Both the position numbers and the translations under genes were made by a program. DNA of 63,889 nt, filler included, from a bacterium (GTDB lineage Bacteria; JAMOTN01), in assembly GCA_027062325.1 (NCBI GenBank). It is 3 parts of 3 records of this genome, joined end to end, with 100 filler letters (N's around TTAATTAATTAA, not from the genome) between each part and the next. Parts side by side here need not be neighbours in the genome. Positions count along the whole stretch, not along the records: positions 25,383 to 48,669 come from JAMOTN010000064.1; positions 48,770 to 63,889 come from JAMOTN010000078.1; 1 more part is not named here. One strand, given 5' to 3'. The notes beneath the pieces were generated by a model. It had not been told where the DNA came from. It saw only the letters and a program-made list of their open reading frames with translations, and searched no databases. Shown here in pieces: positions 42,907 through 53,582 of the stretch (position 1 is its first letter; each line of letters begins with the position of its first letter).

Positions 42907-44010
42907 TTGGAGGTGTTGGACTTGAATCTTGGAAATATTAAAGATTATTACAAGATACTAGGCGTATCTGAAAATGCAACTCAAGATGAAATCAAAAAAG
43001 CATTCAGACGCTTGGCTAAAAAATATCATCCAGATATGAATAAATCAAAGGAAGCGGAAGAAAAATTCAAAGAGATAAATGAAGCTTATCAAGTCTTGTC
43101 AGATCCAGAAAAGCGAAAGCAGTACGATGCCATGAGAAAAGGGCAATTTTGGAACTTTGGAGGTTTTGGTTCTGGTTCTGCTGGAACCCAAGGTTTTTCA
43201 GGGTTTGGTGCATCACAATCAGCAAATTTCGACTTCAATTTTGATAACTTTGGATTTGACTTTGGCGATATATTCTCAAGTTTCTTTGATTTCTCTGACT
43301 TTGGCAAAAAACAGAGGACGCGATCTTCTAAACGCACTCAAACCCCTGTATATCAAGTTGAAGTTCCATTTGAAGTTGCTGTAAAGGGCGGAGTTATCGA
43401 AGTTCCAATAACCCATGAAACGATATGCCCGGTATGTCACGGAACAGGCTCAGAACCTGGTGGTAAAGATATCAAGTGCCCTGTCTGTAATGGAACCGGA
43501 TTTATCTCTAAAAATACAGGAAATTTTTTTATGCAATCAACTTGTCCTCGTTGTGGAGGTCGAGGGCTTATAAATACCAATCCATGCAAAACTTGTGGGG
43601 GGAGAGGAGTAGTTACACAAACAAAAAGAGTAAAGGTTAGAATTCCTGCAGGAGTACGTGAAGGTCAGATCTTGAGACTGCCAAAACTTGGTGTGCGACT
43701 TCAAGTATTTGTTAAGAAAGATTCCCGTTTCAGAAGAGTCGGAAACGACATATATACAACATATAAAATCAACGCATTGAAAGCAATTGTTGGCACTGTA
43801 ATAGAAGTTGAAACTCCTCACGGAAAAACAGTCAAAGTTAAGGTTCCTGCAGGTATTCAACCGGGGCAAAAGTTGCGTCTAGCCGGCCTTGGAATAAATG
43901 GCGGTGATATGTTTGTAGTTGTGGAAATAGAAATTCCTAAAAATTTAAAAGAGAAACATCGTGAGATGATAAAAGAAATAATAAAAGATATTGAAAAACA
44001 AGGAGGATAG
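42907..44010 (+). CDS. dnaJ: chaperone DnaJ
   Basis: J domain with HPD, G/F-rich region, four CxxCxGxG motifs; start probably the TTG after GGAGGTG. Confidence 0.96.
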   Translation: MEVLDLNLGNIKDYYKILGVSENATQDEIKKAFRRLAKKYHPDMNKSKEAEEKFKEINEAYQVLSDPEKRKQYDAMRKGQFWNFGGFGSGSAGTQGFSGFGASQSANFDFNFDNFGFDFGDIFSSFFDFSDFGKKQRTRSSKRTQTPVYQVEVPFEVAVKGGVIEVPITHETICPVCHGTGSEPGGKDIKCPVCNGTGFISKNTGNFFMQSTCPRCGGRGLINTNPCKTCGGRGVVTQTKRVKVRIPAGVREGQILRLPKLGVRLQVFVKKDSRFRRVGNDIYTTYKINALKAIVGTVIEVETPHGKTVKVKVPAGIQPGQKLRLAGLGINGGDMFVVVEIEIPKNLKEKHREMIKEIIKDIEKQGG

Positions 44011-44061
44011 GACGCGTAGTTATTGCAAAATCACCCACTTTCACAAAAGATACAATATCTT

Positions 44062-45168
44062 TTACTTCTTCTCATTCTCTTTCTTTGTCTCTTCTGTGGC
44101 AGTAGAAATTATGGTTACATCTTGACGTTTTATTTCTACCCTCTCCTCCTGAACTTTTATTGGCTTTAGCCTTGCTATCTTTATCTTCAGAATTCCAGAC
44201 TTACTTTTCAAAACTATCTCATCAGGCGTTAAATCAACAACTTTGTAACTAACATACACCCCGTTCTTAACTTCAATATTGATTGAATCACCTTTTCCTA
44301 CCACATCGGTACTCTTAAGTTTTCCCGCTGCATCTTTTATGCCGATAAAAGCTCTCATTCCACCCTTAGCGTAATAATAACCATAATAGATAAAATTTTT
44401 ACTAGCAATTAAACCTGCTGTAGTAAAACCTGAACTGCTACTACCTTGAGTAGCCCCCCCAACACTAGTAGAAGTAGTTGTAATTCCTAGTTCTGCCCTG
44501 TATTCCAAAGCTACAGATTGCTCTGCCAATTGTTTGGATTCCTTTAGCAAAGCTATTGCTTTTAAATAATTTAGATTTTCATAAGCCTTCTTAGCCTCCT
44601 CAAATTTTTTCTTCGCTTTCTTATAGGTTGTTTTTTGATATTTATCTTCTCCAAGTTTATTTATATCTTCTAATAACGTAGAAACTTCCTCTATTATCTT
44701 CTCTGCTTCTTCCCTGAGCTTAAGATTCTTTTTAACATCTCTAAAAACGTTCCTTACACCACTCAAATTTGGAGGAGTCACATACCCCTGTTTAAAAAGT
44801 AGTTCAAAATACACGGGGTTAACATTTAACCTTTCTAATTTCTTATCTGAAACACTCTTCAATCTCATCAACAAACTAAATCCCTGCGTTCCCTTATCTT
44901 GTAAAGATGTAGTTCCACTGGAAGCAGGAGTTTTTCCCTTTCTTTTTACAACCTTTTTCCTACGAGAAGGAGCTGTTCTTTTTTTTGAATGCGCAGTTGC
45001 CTTTTTAGCTCCACCACCCGACCTCTTTTTAAAAAGATTGGCATAAGCTGAAGATACAGGTTTCTCCTCCTTCTTTTTACCACAACCTGTTATAGCTAAA
45101 AGTAACAACACTAATAAAAAGCATACTAAACTACGCATTTTCATAAACTCACCACAACACCCCTTCAA
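44062..45168 (-). CDS. lipoprotein in the pilP position of the pil operon
   Basis: Lipobox ITGC; C-terminal beta domain (AFI..VVGKGD..YKVVDLTPDEIVL) resembling PilP/GspC. Confidence 0.6.
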   Translation of the reverse strand: MKGCCGEFMKMRSLVCFLLVLLLLAITGCGKKKEEKPVSSAYANLFKKRSGGGAKKATAHSKKRTAPSRRKKVVKRKGKTPASSGTTSLQDKGTQGFSLLMRLKSVSDKKLERLNVNPVYFELLFKQGYVTPPNLSGVRNVFRDVKKNLKLREEAEKIIEEVSTLLEDINKLGEDKYQKTTYKKAKKKFEEAKKAYENLNYLKAIALLKESKQLAEQSVALEYRAELGITTTSTSVGGATQGSSSSGFTTAGLIASKNFIYYGYYYAKGGMRAFIGIKDAAGKLKSTDVVGKGDSINIEVKNGVYVSYKVVDLTPDEIVLKSKSGILKIKIARLKPIKVQEERVEIKRQDVTIISTATEETKKENEKK

Positions 45169-45175
45169 ACAATTC

Positions 45176-45850
45176 CTATCTGTTAATCCTTCGGAAGAAA
45201 CTAAGGAGTTGCAAGGTAATCGTTATTGTATCACTATCTGGATCTAGCTTGTCTATTGTCAAGGAATTTGAATCCATCTTTATTATAGCTTTCCAAACTT
45301 TACCAGTTATAGGATCTTTCAAATTTATCATGTTCTCCAAAAACCACAAGAATTCGATGACTTTTATATAGTCTCCCTTAACCGTTATTTTAAATTTCCA
45401 AACCTGATATAACTTTGCCAAAGTTGCAAATTCATCTTTTTGAAAACCACTTTCCGTAACAACTTTAGAAACATTTAGTCCTAACTTCAAAGCCCATACT
45501 TGAATCTTTTTTATCAAATCCGGCCATACTGTCTCTGGTGGGAGATAGGCTAAGTATTTACTAAGCTCTTTCATTCTTCTCTCATATTCTTTACTTTTCA
45601 ACTCTTCCTCTCTCTTCTTTTTTTCTAGTTGTATCTTTAATTTTTTTACTTCTTCTTCCAAAACTGCAAGCTGCTGCTGCTTTTGAGCCATTTCCTTTTC
45701 AAAAGCTCTTTTTTGTTCAAGAAACTCCGCATATTTCTTCTGATAGTGACTCCACTTTACATAAAACCACCAAGCATCAGCTCCAAGAGCTGCCAAAATA
45801 ATCGATATAAAAGCAATTCTCTCTATCAAACTAACAACTCTGGTTCTCAA
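45176..45850 (-). CDS. PilO-like protein
   Basis: TM, coiled coil, LP..WPDLI, VKGDY.KV.EFL..LE. Confidence 0.75.
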   Translation of the reverse strand: MRTRVVSLIERIAFISIILAALGADAWWFYVKWSHYQKKYAEFLEQKRAFEKEMAQKQQQLAVLEEEVKKLKIQLEKKKREEELKSKEYERRMKELSKYLAYLPPETVWPDLIKKIQVWALKLGLNVSKVVTESGFQKDEFATLAKLYQVWKFKITVKGDYIKVIEFLWFLENMINLKDPITGKVWKAIIKMDSNSLTIDKLDPDSDTITITLQLLSFFRRINR

Positions 45851-45852
45851 TT

Positions 45853-46794
45853 CTATCTTCCACCTCTTTTAATTGTTTTTTTCCTCATCAATCTTCTACT
45901 TCTCCTCGCAGCTTTTGTAGCATTTTTCAATTTTTTGCTATCAGCATTCTTCTTTTTATCCTTAACAGTTACAACCGCTTCACCAAACACACGACCATAC
46001 ATACAACTTGCGATAACAAATGCTTCTCCAGTTGCAACAGCCTTCACCTTTCCATCACCTATGAGCTTTACAGCATTACCACGAACTTGCCAGCTGACAT
46101 CAACTTTAACCTCATTTATTATTTCCTTCTCAAAGTTTATAGCCTTTACATTAAATTCCACTATCTCCCCTGGTTTCAAAGTAACATCATCAGGCTCTAA
46201 TATTAAAGCTTGGAAGGGAACAAAATCAAAGGAAATTGTAAAAACACTCCCATAGGTTTTCTCATCTACAGTAACACTTGAAAGGAAAGGATCCTTTATT
46301 TGAGAAAGTTGCAGTAAATTTTTTAAAAATTGAGGAGCTAAAAAGCTTTCCAAAGCTTCACAGTCTAACGTTACGTGTAGTCCCCCTGTCCTTTTTGCCT
46401 CAAACTTGACATTTCTTATCCAAACTCCCCTAGGAACAGCCTTCTCCAATATGGTAAAAAATTCAAACCACGAAAATCCCCTCTCAAATATCAAGTTAAA
46501 AAATACTATCTGTTGATTAAGCTCTTTTATCCTCTTTCTATCAAGTAGTGAAAACTTCAAACGATTTTTTAACGAGGCAATTTCATTTTGCTTTGCTGCA
46601 ATTCTATCATCTAATTCCTGCAATTTATTCTTCTGAACCTGCTTTATACTCGCCAACTTTTTCTTAAAAATCTCACCTATTCCCCAAAAATACACTCCTG
46701 AAAGTATGAGTATCAGTATAGCTCCTACTATCAGTCTCCAATCCCTCTTTAGTGGTTTGTATTTTTCATCCAGAAAATCTAATCTCAACTTCAT
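45853..46794 (-). CDS. PilN-like protein with C-terminal Ig-like domain
   Basis: LDFL N-terminal motif, TM, coiled coil, W.EFF..LEKAVPRGVWI. Confidence 0.75.
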   Translation of the reverse strand: MKLRLDFLDEKYKPLKRDWRLIVGAILILILSGVYFWGIGEIFKKKLASIKQVQKNKLQELDDRIAAKQNEIASLKNRLKFSLLDRKRIKELNQQIVFFNLIFERGFSWFEFFTILEKAVPRGVWIRNVKFEAKRTGGLHVTLDCEALESFLAPQFLKNLLQLSQIKDPFLSSVTVDEKTYGSVFTISFDFVPFQALILEPDDVTLKPGEIVEFNVKAINFEKEIINEVKVDVSWQVRGNAVKLIGDGKVKAVATGEAFVIASCMYGRVFGEAVVTVKDKKKNADSKKLKNATKAARRSRRLMRKKTIKRGGR

Positions 46795-47870
46795 CTGAGA
46801 AGCACCCCCAAAGCAGGGGCAAGTATAGCAACATCATCATCCGGTACTTTTTCCCCACTTTCCTTTACTACTTCCCAAATTTCTGAAAGCTCTACAGGTT
46901 TAAAGTACCAATTCTTTTTTACAAACTCTTTAAAATTCTTTAAAATAGAACCTCCACCTGTCATAATGAGATATCCTTTGCTTACATCCAAACGTAAAGA
47001 AGCAAGCTTTCTATCTATCATGTTGTTAAGAGAAGTCAAAAAACCATATAGAACTCCTCTTATCATCTCAAAATTTGGATTGGTTTTAGATAAATCATCT
47101 GGAATAATATTCGCTTCTTTTTTAAACTTCTCCGCTTCCTGATAATTCAACTTTCTTCCATCCATAAGAAGCTTGGTAACAGTGTAACCTGCAGGAGAAG
47201 CTTGCTGCTTATCCCCCAAAGTAATTGTTATCTGATCAGAAGATTTTAAAGAATTGTTGTGATAAATTTGAATTATAGCATCTGAAGCTCCAACATGAAC
47301 TACCAACGTTAAATCCTGCTTATAGTCATCTTTCACAGTAAAAATATCTACAAAATTGGTTAAATTAAAAGTATCAAAATCAACCCCTGTTAAACAAACA
47401 CCAGCCTCTGCCCACGGTTTGACTAAATCATAAAAATTATCGGTTAGAATAGAGGCCATAAAAACTCTAAAAATTTTTCCGCGTTCAGTTATCTGCCACT
47501 TTACTATCTGTTTTTCAGGTCCCACCGGAATAAGCGGCAATTCCCTCAACTGATCTTCAACCATTTGATCAACCATATCCTCTACTTTAGCAGGTACAAC
47601 CCTTACAGCATAACGAGAAAAATAAGACGGAAGTAGAAGGAATGTATAGCTATTGCTTATTCCAAAATTTTTAACACAATCCTTAACATATTGAGCATAA
47701 GTATCAGGCTGCATCAATGCCTTCTCGCTATAACTTTTTCCAAATATTCCCTCCCCAACAGGATATATCTTGTAATCCTTTAAAATTATCTTCTTATTTG
47801 CCCAATCAATCTCCTTGAGCCATACAACCTTAAAAGCCCAACTTCCAACATCCACCACAACTTCTGTCAT
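46791..47870 (-). CDS. PilM-like actin-fold protein
   Basis: VDVGSWAFKV, VHVGAS, EAEKFK, MTGGGS, APALGV. Confidence 0.82.
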   Translation of the reverse strand: MTEVVVDVGSWAFKVVWLKEIDWANKKIILKDYKIYPVGEGIFGKSYSEKALMQPDTYAQYVKDCVKNFGISNSYTFLLLPSYFSRYAVRVVPAKVEDMVDQMVEDQLRELPLIPVGPEKQIVKWQITERGKIFRVFMASILTDNFYDLVKPWAEAGVCLTGVDFDTFNLTNFVDIFTVKDDYKQDLTLVVHVGASDAIIQIYHNNSLKSSDQITITLGDKQQASPAGYTVTKLLMDGRKLNYQEAEKFKKEANIIPDDLSKTNPNFEMIRGVLYGFLTSLNNMIDRKLASLRLDVSKGYLIMTGGGSILKNFKEFVKKNWYFKPVELSEIWEVVKESGEKVPDDDVAILAPALGVLLR

Positions 47871-47894
47871 TAAATTACCAATCCCTCCAATAAA

Positions 47895-48669
47895 TTAATC
47901 AAGCGTAACTCTTATAAGCTCTTCCATTGTTGTTATTCCTTTAGTAACTTTAACAAAAGCTGACATTTTCAAAGTTTTCATACCTTTCTCAACAGCCCTC
48001 TTTTTAACCTCATATAAAGAAGCATCAGCTGCTATCATCTCTCTAATCTCTTCGTCAACTTCTAAGACTTCATGAACTGCAGCTCTCCCTTTGTAACCAG
48101 TTCCACCACATTTATCGCAACCTTTTCCCTTATAAAACTTATGGCCTTCCCAGAGATTTCTGGGAATATCTGCAAATTCTAGCAGATCAATTGGAGGATC
48201 TATCTCCTCTTTACAATTTTCACAAATTCTTCTAACAAGACGTTGAGCCATCAAAAGGTTATAAGCACTCGCTGCAAGATAAGGCTCTATTCCAAGGTTT
48301 GCCATACGTCCAATAACATCAACAGCATTATTTGCGTGAACAGTAGAAAAAACTAAGTGTCCCGTCAAAGCAGCTTTCACCGCAATTTCTGCAGTTTCTG
48401 GATCTCTTATCTCTCCAAGCATAACAACATCCGGGTCCTGACGCAAAATAGAACGCAAAGCCGAAGCAAACGTCAAACTTCTTGATGGATCATTTTTGTT
48501 TATGTGCACTTGAACCTGCTGTATACCTTCAAATTGATACTCAACCGGATCTTCAACTGTGATAACCTTAACCTCAGGAGATGCAATAGTGTTAAGAGCA
48601 GAATAAAGAGTGGTGGTCTTTCCAGATCCTGTTGGTCCCGATACCAAAATCATTCCATACGGTCTCTTT
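47895..48669 (-). CDS. pilB: PilB/GspE assembly ATPase, 5'-truncated by the contig end
   Basis: [40 protein letters not shown]. Confidence 0.9.
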
Positions 48670-48769
48670 NNNNNNNNNNNNNNNNNNNNNNNNNNNNNNN
48701 NNNNNNNNNNNNNTTAATTAATTAANNNNNNNNNNNNNNNNNNNNNNNNNNNNNNNNNNNNNNNNNNNN
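48670..48769. other. assembly linker (contig junction)
   Basis: N runs flanking TTAATTAATTAA (48714-48725). Confidence 0.99.
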
Positions 48770-48920
48770 CAGGTGTAACATCAATCACTCTCTTAACAAT
48801 CTCTCCGTTCACAGAAACCAAGCCTTCTTTAATAAGCTCTTTTACCTGTCTGCGAGTTCCATATCCTGCCAAAGCCAAAGCCTTATCAAGGCGCATTTTT
48901 CGAGAAGTTTTTCCCTTCAT
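48770..48920 (-). CDS. RsuA-family pseudouridine synthase, S4 fragment truncated by the contig end
   Basis: MRLDKALALAGYGTRRQVKELIKEGLVSVNG. Confidence 0.8.
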
Positions 48921-49033
48921 CCCATCACCCTCTTTAATTTGAAAGCAAACATTCAAAATCCCGATAATACTTTTTACTGTTAGCTTGTTTTAATGTTATC
49001 ATATTACGAGATACACTCTATCAGCAAAGGAGT

Positions 49034-50578
49034 GTGAATAAAATGCAGGATTTGTACAAATTTGAAAACTACGTTCATCCCGAATTTTACAAGAAATTGC
49101 TTGATCTAAAAGAGTTAGGAGAAAATCCTTACGACATTAAAAGTTTTGAAAAAACCGACATAATTCAAATCCGCCAAGAGGCTGAGGTTGAACTTGGAAA
49201 AAGTTACAAAACAGCCGGTAGAGTTAAAGCGATAAGACGTCATGGAAAAGCAATGTTTTTCGACATAGAAGATTCAACCGGAAAAATTCAAATTTATCTC
49301 AAGGCAGATGTTGTGGGAAAAGATAAGTACAAATTCATAGCTGACCACATGAAAGTTGGTGATATAGTCGGCGTTGAAGGAGAAACTTTCATAACTAGGA
49401 CAGGAGAGTTATCAATTCAAACAAAATACATAATGTTTCTATCTAAAGTCTTACGTCCCTTACCAGAAAAGTGGCATGGTCTAAAAGATGCTGAAATCCG
49501 CTATCGTCAACGCTATTTAGATCTACTCGTTAACAAAGAGGTGTTCAACAACTTCAAAAAAAGATTTGAAATGCAATGGGAAACTCGTTCTTTTATGGCA
49601 GAATGGGGATTTATAGAAGTGGAAACCCCTATACTTCAACCTATTGCTGGAGGAGCAGCCGCAAAACCTTTTGTTACATATCACAACTTTCTGGAACTTG
49701 AACTATTCTTAAGAATTGCCCCTGAGCTCTACCTAAAGCGTTTGTTAGTTGGAGGATTCGAAAAAGTTTTCGAAATGGGAAGAGTTTTTAGAAACGAAAA
49801 CATTTCAAATAGACACAACCCAGAATTCACAATGCTTGAAGCATATGCTGCATATAAAGATTACACGTACATGATGCAACTCACCGAAACCTTAATCGCA
49901 ACACTTGCTGAAAAAATTCGTGGCAGCTTCAAGATTCCATTTGTAAAAGAGGAAAACGGCAAAAGAATTGAATATGAAGTGGATTTAACACCTCCTTTCC
50001 AGGTAAAAACCTACCTTGAAGTAGCCTCTGAAGCTGCAGGTGAGGAGATTACTGAAGAAACTCCAAATGATAAGTTGATAGATATTGCAAAGCAAATGGA
50101 AATTGAATTAACAGGAAACGAAAGCTGGGGAGAACTCGTGGAGTTGATTTATTCGGAGGGTGAGAAAGGAATTACACAACCCACATTCATAATAGACTAT
50201 CCCATTGATATATCACCTCTGGCAAAACGCAAAACTGAAAAATTAACAGAGCGTTTTGAACTTATAATAAATGGTTGGGAATTGGCAAATGCATTTTCGG
50301 AACTCAACGATCCAGAAGATCAATTTAATCGCTTCATGCAACAGCTAGAGAGAGCAGGTGTAGACAAAGATCGTGATTTTCACAGATTTGATGCCGACTA
50401 CGTGCTAGCACTTTGCTATGCTATGCCACCTGCAGCAGGATTAGGAATAGGAATCGATAGACTTGCTGCTTTAATAAATGGCCTTAGCTCTATCAAAGAA
50501 GTAATTCTCTTCCCAACTATCAAACCTCAAATTAATCTCAAACTCGAAGAGGATAAAGAGGTGGATGCAGGTGCGTGA
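49034..50578 (+). CDS. lysS: lysyl-tRNA synthetase (class II)
   Basis: PLPEKWHGL, YRQRYLDL, LRIAPELYLKRL, FRNE..HNPEF, GIGIDRL. Confidence 0.98.
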   Translation: MNKMQDLYKFENYVHPEFYKKLLDLKELGENPYDIKSFEKTDIIQIRQEAEVELGKSYKTAGRVKAIRRHGKAMFFDIEDSTGKIQIYLKADVVGKDKYKFIADHMKVGDIVGVEGETFITRTGELSIQTKYIMFLSKVLRPLPEKWHGLKDAEIRYRQRYLDLLVNKEVFNNFKKRFEMQWETRSFMAEWGFIEVETPILQPIAGGAAAKPFVTYHNFLELELFLRIAPELYLKRLLVGGFEKVFEMGRVFRNENISNRHNPEFTMLEAYAAYKDYTYMMQLTETLIATLAEKIRGSFKIPFVKEENGKRIEYEVDLTPPFQVKTYLEVASEAAGEEITEETPNDKLIDIAKQMEIELTGNESWGELVELIYSEGEKGITQPTFIIDYPIDISPLAKRKTEKLTERFELIINGWELANAFSELNDPEDQFNRFMQQLERAGVDKDRDFHRFDADYVLALCYAMPPAAGLGIGIDRLAALINGLSSIKEVILFPTIKPQINLKLEEDKEVDAGA

Positions 50579-52382
50579 TAAGATGGGGAATAATCTAAAC
50601 AAAACATGTCCAGAATGCGGTTTTTCAAATCCAGCTGAGGCTGTATTTTGTCAAAATTGTGGCAAGAGATTAGATGGTTCATGTCCAAATTGCGGTCACT
50701 TAAATTCCACAGATGCCAACTTTTGTATTAAATGTGGTACCCGTCTCTCAATGACATCAAAAGGATTCGTAGTTAGAATTTCCGATTACATTGCACGCAT
50801 TATTCCTGAAAAAAATAGAATTCTCATGCAGTTTGATACTCCTGCTCCAACAAAGCATACCAAAGGAACTCAACTTCAACAACAGCATATACAAATTGAC
50901 GAGACAATAATTGAAGGTCTTTTTAATAAACTGACAGCTGTCGTCGCCACACAAATTGAAAAACAGCTTAATGAAATCTTTTCTGAACTTACAAAACAAA
51001 TCAAAGAAAATGCTGAAAGTTTAAACCAAATCACTAAAAAAATAATTGAGCGAGAAGAAAAACTCCTAAATATGGAAGATAAACTCAACAACTTAGCTGC
51101 TCAACTCAACCAACTAAAGTCCATCTTACCTCCAGTATCGTCCACAGATGATACAATGCTTGAAAAATCTGAAAAAAAAGATCAAGAGGAATCCTCAAAA
51201 GAGTCTCAAAAAGCAGCAGAGGTAAGTGAGAAAACTTATACACCTGAAAAAACTCTAGAACCATCTTCTGAACAAACGGATATAAAAGAGGTTTCTATTT
51301 CTTCAGAAGACAGCGACGTTATAGAACCTGAATTAGTCAAAGAACAATCTACCACATCCATAGAAGAGGATTCTTCAACTGAGGATCCTTGGAAAGACAT
51401 TTTCATATCAGAACCCTCTGAAACAAAAGAATCACCCAAAACTATGGGAGTAGGAGAAAACACCAAATCATATCAAAACAGGTCTCTCGAAAAATCAGTA
51501 CCTCAAGAAACTTCCCAAGAAATTTCTACTCTTCTCATCACCGTTGACAGCAATGACTGTACCATGAAAATAATTGACACCAATGGTGACATAATAAAGT
51601 TTGCAGGAAGTCGCGGGGATGGTCCGGGTGAATTTAGAAACCCAAAAAAAGTTGCTGTATATCCAGACTCAAACTTAGTAGCCGTATCAGATTTTGCTAA
51701 TAAAAGAGTTCAAATTTTCTCTCTCCCTAATCTTGAATTAATTGGCTCAATAGACAACTTAGAATTTCCAACAGGATTAGCCTTTTTTGATAAGCAATTA
51801 TTCGTCATAGAGAGCTGGCTCGGCTCAATCGCTGTATTCGATTTTTCAAGCTCCTCTATTCCAACTTCTCCAGTTGTAAACCTAGGTGGCAAAGGAATAG
51901 AACCTGCTCAATTCGAAACTCCTGAAGATTTGCATATCACCAAAGACGGATCAATAATTATTGCTGACAGTGGTAATAATAGAGTCCAAAAACTCTCAAA
52001 AGATTTTACTCCAATTTGGCTAGTTACATCAGATCAAATTCCCGAAGGTTTTGATCACCCCAAAGGAGTATTCGAATACAACGGAGAAGTATTTGTTGTC
52101 GATACTGGAAACAGTCGCATTGTCGTTCTGGATTCAAAAGACGGTATGCTGAAAAGAATTATCGGTAAATTTGGAAAAGATGAAGGTGGTTTAAATTCTC
52201 CATCAGCCGTGTGCGTTGCCAACAATAAAATTTTCGTAGCAGATACATGGAATAACCGCATAACAACGTTTACAATCGATGGAATTCCTCAGCAGCCAAT
52301 TGGAGAACTACAAAGCATATTCGAAGGCATAAGTGATGTGGAAGCTGTATCTTCAAATTTGATCTTTACGGAGGTGGCGTAA
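50565..52382 (+). CDS. double zinc ribbon / coiled-coil / NHL-repeat protein
   Basis: CPECG..CQNCG..CPNCG..CIKCG; heptad region; acidic linker; about five NHL units (IADSGNNRVQ, VVDTGNSRI, VADTWNNRI). Confidence 0.85.
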   Translation: MQVRDKMGNNLNKTCPECGFSNPAEAVFCQNCGKRLDGSCPNCGHLNSTDANFCIKCGTRLSMTSKGFVVRISDYIARIIPEKNRILMQFDTPAPTKHTKGTQLQQQHIQIDETIIEGLFNKLTAVVATQIEKQLNEIFSELTKQIKENAESLNQITKKIIEREEKLLNMEDKLNNLAAQLNQLKSILPPVSSTDDTMLEKSEKKDQEESSKESQKAAEVSEKTYTPEKTLEPSSEQTDIKEVSISSEDSDVIEPELVKEQSTTSIEEDSSTEDPWKDIFISEPSETKESPKTMGVGENTKSYQNRSLEKSVPQETSQEISTLLITVDSNDCTMKIIDTNGDIIKFAGSRGDGPGEFRNPKKVAVYPDSNLVAVSDFANKRVQIFSLPNLELIGSIDNLEFPTGLAFFDKQLFVIESWLGSIAVFDFSSSSIPTSPVVNLGGKGIEPAQFETPEDLHITKDGSIIIADSGNNRVQKLSKDFTPIWLVTSDQIPEGFDHPKGVFEYNGEVFVVDTGNSRIVVLDSKDGMLKRIIGKFGKDEGGLNSPSAVCVANNKIFVADTWNNRITTFTIDGIPQQPIGELQSIFEGISDVEAVSSNLIFTEVA

Positions 52383-52654
52383 TGAAGCGCCTCAATATCA
52401 TAGTCTCAGGTCGAGTTCAGGGAGTAGGTTTCAGATACTTTACTCAAAGTATTGCATCTTCTCTGGGATTAACAGGATGGGTTAAAAATCTGCCAAACGG
52501 CCAAGTAGAAATTGAAGTTCAAGGTGATAAAGAGTTACTCAATGAGTTTAAAAAAAGGATTTCAAAAGGTCCTTCTCTAGCAAGAGTTGACAACATAGTT
52601 GAGAAAGAAATACCGGTTCAAGGAGGTGAGAGTACCTTTTCAATAAGGTACTGA
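52382..52654 (+). CDS. acyP: acylphosphatase
   Basis: VSGRVQGVGFR, GWVKN. Confidence 0.95.
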   Translation: MKRLNIIVSGRVQGVGFRYFTQSIASSLGLTGWVKNLPNGQVEIEVQGDKELLNEFKKRISKGPSLARVDNIVEKEIPVQGGESTFSIRY

Positions 52655-52659
52655 AGATC

Positions 52660-53556
52660 ATGAGGAAAAGATGTGGATTCGTTTCAATTGTTGGCCCTAC
52701 AAACGCAGGAAAAAGTACTATTATTAATGCACTATTGGGAACTGAGCTGTTGATAACCTCTTCTAAGCCACAAACAACTAGAAAACGCGTAAGAGCAATA
52801 GTCACACGTGAAGATTACCAAATCATATTTGTGGACACGCCAGGTCTCCATAAACCGCTTCATCTACTGGGTGAATTTCTGATAGACGAAGCAAAAAAAT
52901 CTTTAAAAAACATAGATTGTATTGTCTACGTAAAAGCAGCAGATGAACCTGAAGTCAAACCGTTTGAAAGAGAAGTTCTCAGCTTTCTTAAAACGCTAAA
53001 CATGCCAAAGCTTTTTGTTCTTAATAAGATGGATGTTGTAAAAAAAGACAGGGCAAAAGAAATTCTCGAAGACTTAAAAGAAGAATTAGATTTCTTTGAC
53101 TCATACCTAATGGTCAGCGCAAAGCGCCGTGAAAATATAGACGTTTTGGAACAATGGATTGCAGCTCATCTTCCAGAGGGAGAATTTCTATTTCCAGCTG
53201 ACATAACCAGTGATATCACTGTGAGAGAATTAGCAGAGGAGTATATAAGAGAAGCTATAATAAAACACGTACATCAAGAGGTCCCTCACTCCGTGGCTGT
53301 TGTAATTGAGGAGTTCAAAGAACGCGGTGACACCACTTATATAAGCGCCAATATATACGTCGAACGCGATGGTCAAAAGGCTATAATAATAGGCAAAGGC
53401 GGACAGATGATAAAAAAGATTGGTAAAGTTGCGAGGGAGAGGATCGAGATGCTACTGGGCACAAAAGTATACCTTGAGTTGTGGGTCAAGGTGAGAGAAG
53501 ACTGGCGTTATAAAAAAGGTGCGTTGGCTGAGTTTGGCTATAAAAGAAGAGACTAA
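52660..53556 (+). CDS. era: GTPase Era
   Basis: GPTNAGKST, QTTR, DTPG, EVPHS, IIGKGG (KH domain). Confidence 0.97.
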   Translation: MRKRCGFVSIVGPTNAGKSTIINALLGTELLITSSKPQTTRKRVRAIVTREDYQIIFVDTPGLHKPLHLLGEFLIDEAKKSLKNIDCIVYVKAADEPEVKPFEREVLSFLKTLNMPKLFVLNKMDVVKKDRAKEILEDLKEELDFFDSYLMVSAKRRENIDVLEQWIAAHLPEGEFLFPADITSDITVRELAEEYIREAIIKHVHQEVPHSVAVVIEEFKERGDTTYISANIYVERDGQKAIIIGKGGQMIKKIGKVARERIEMLLGTKVYLELWVKVREDWRYKKGALAEFGYKRRD

Positions 53557-53582
53557 CCAAAAGCAGTACAAGGAGGTTTCTT

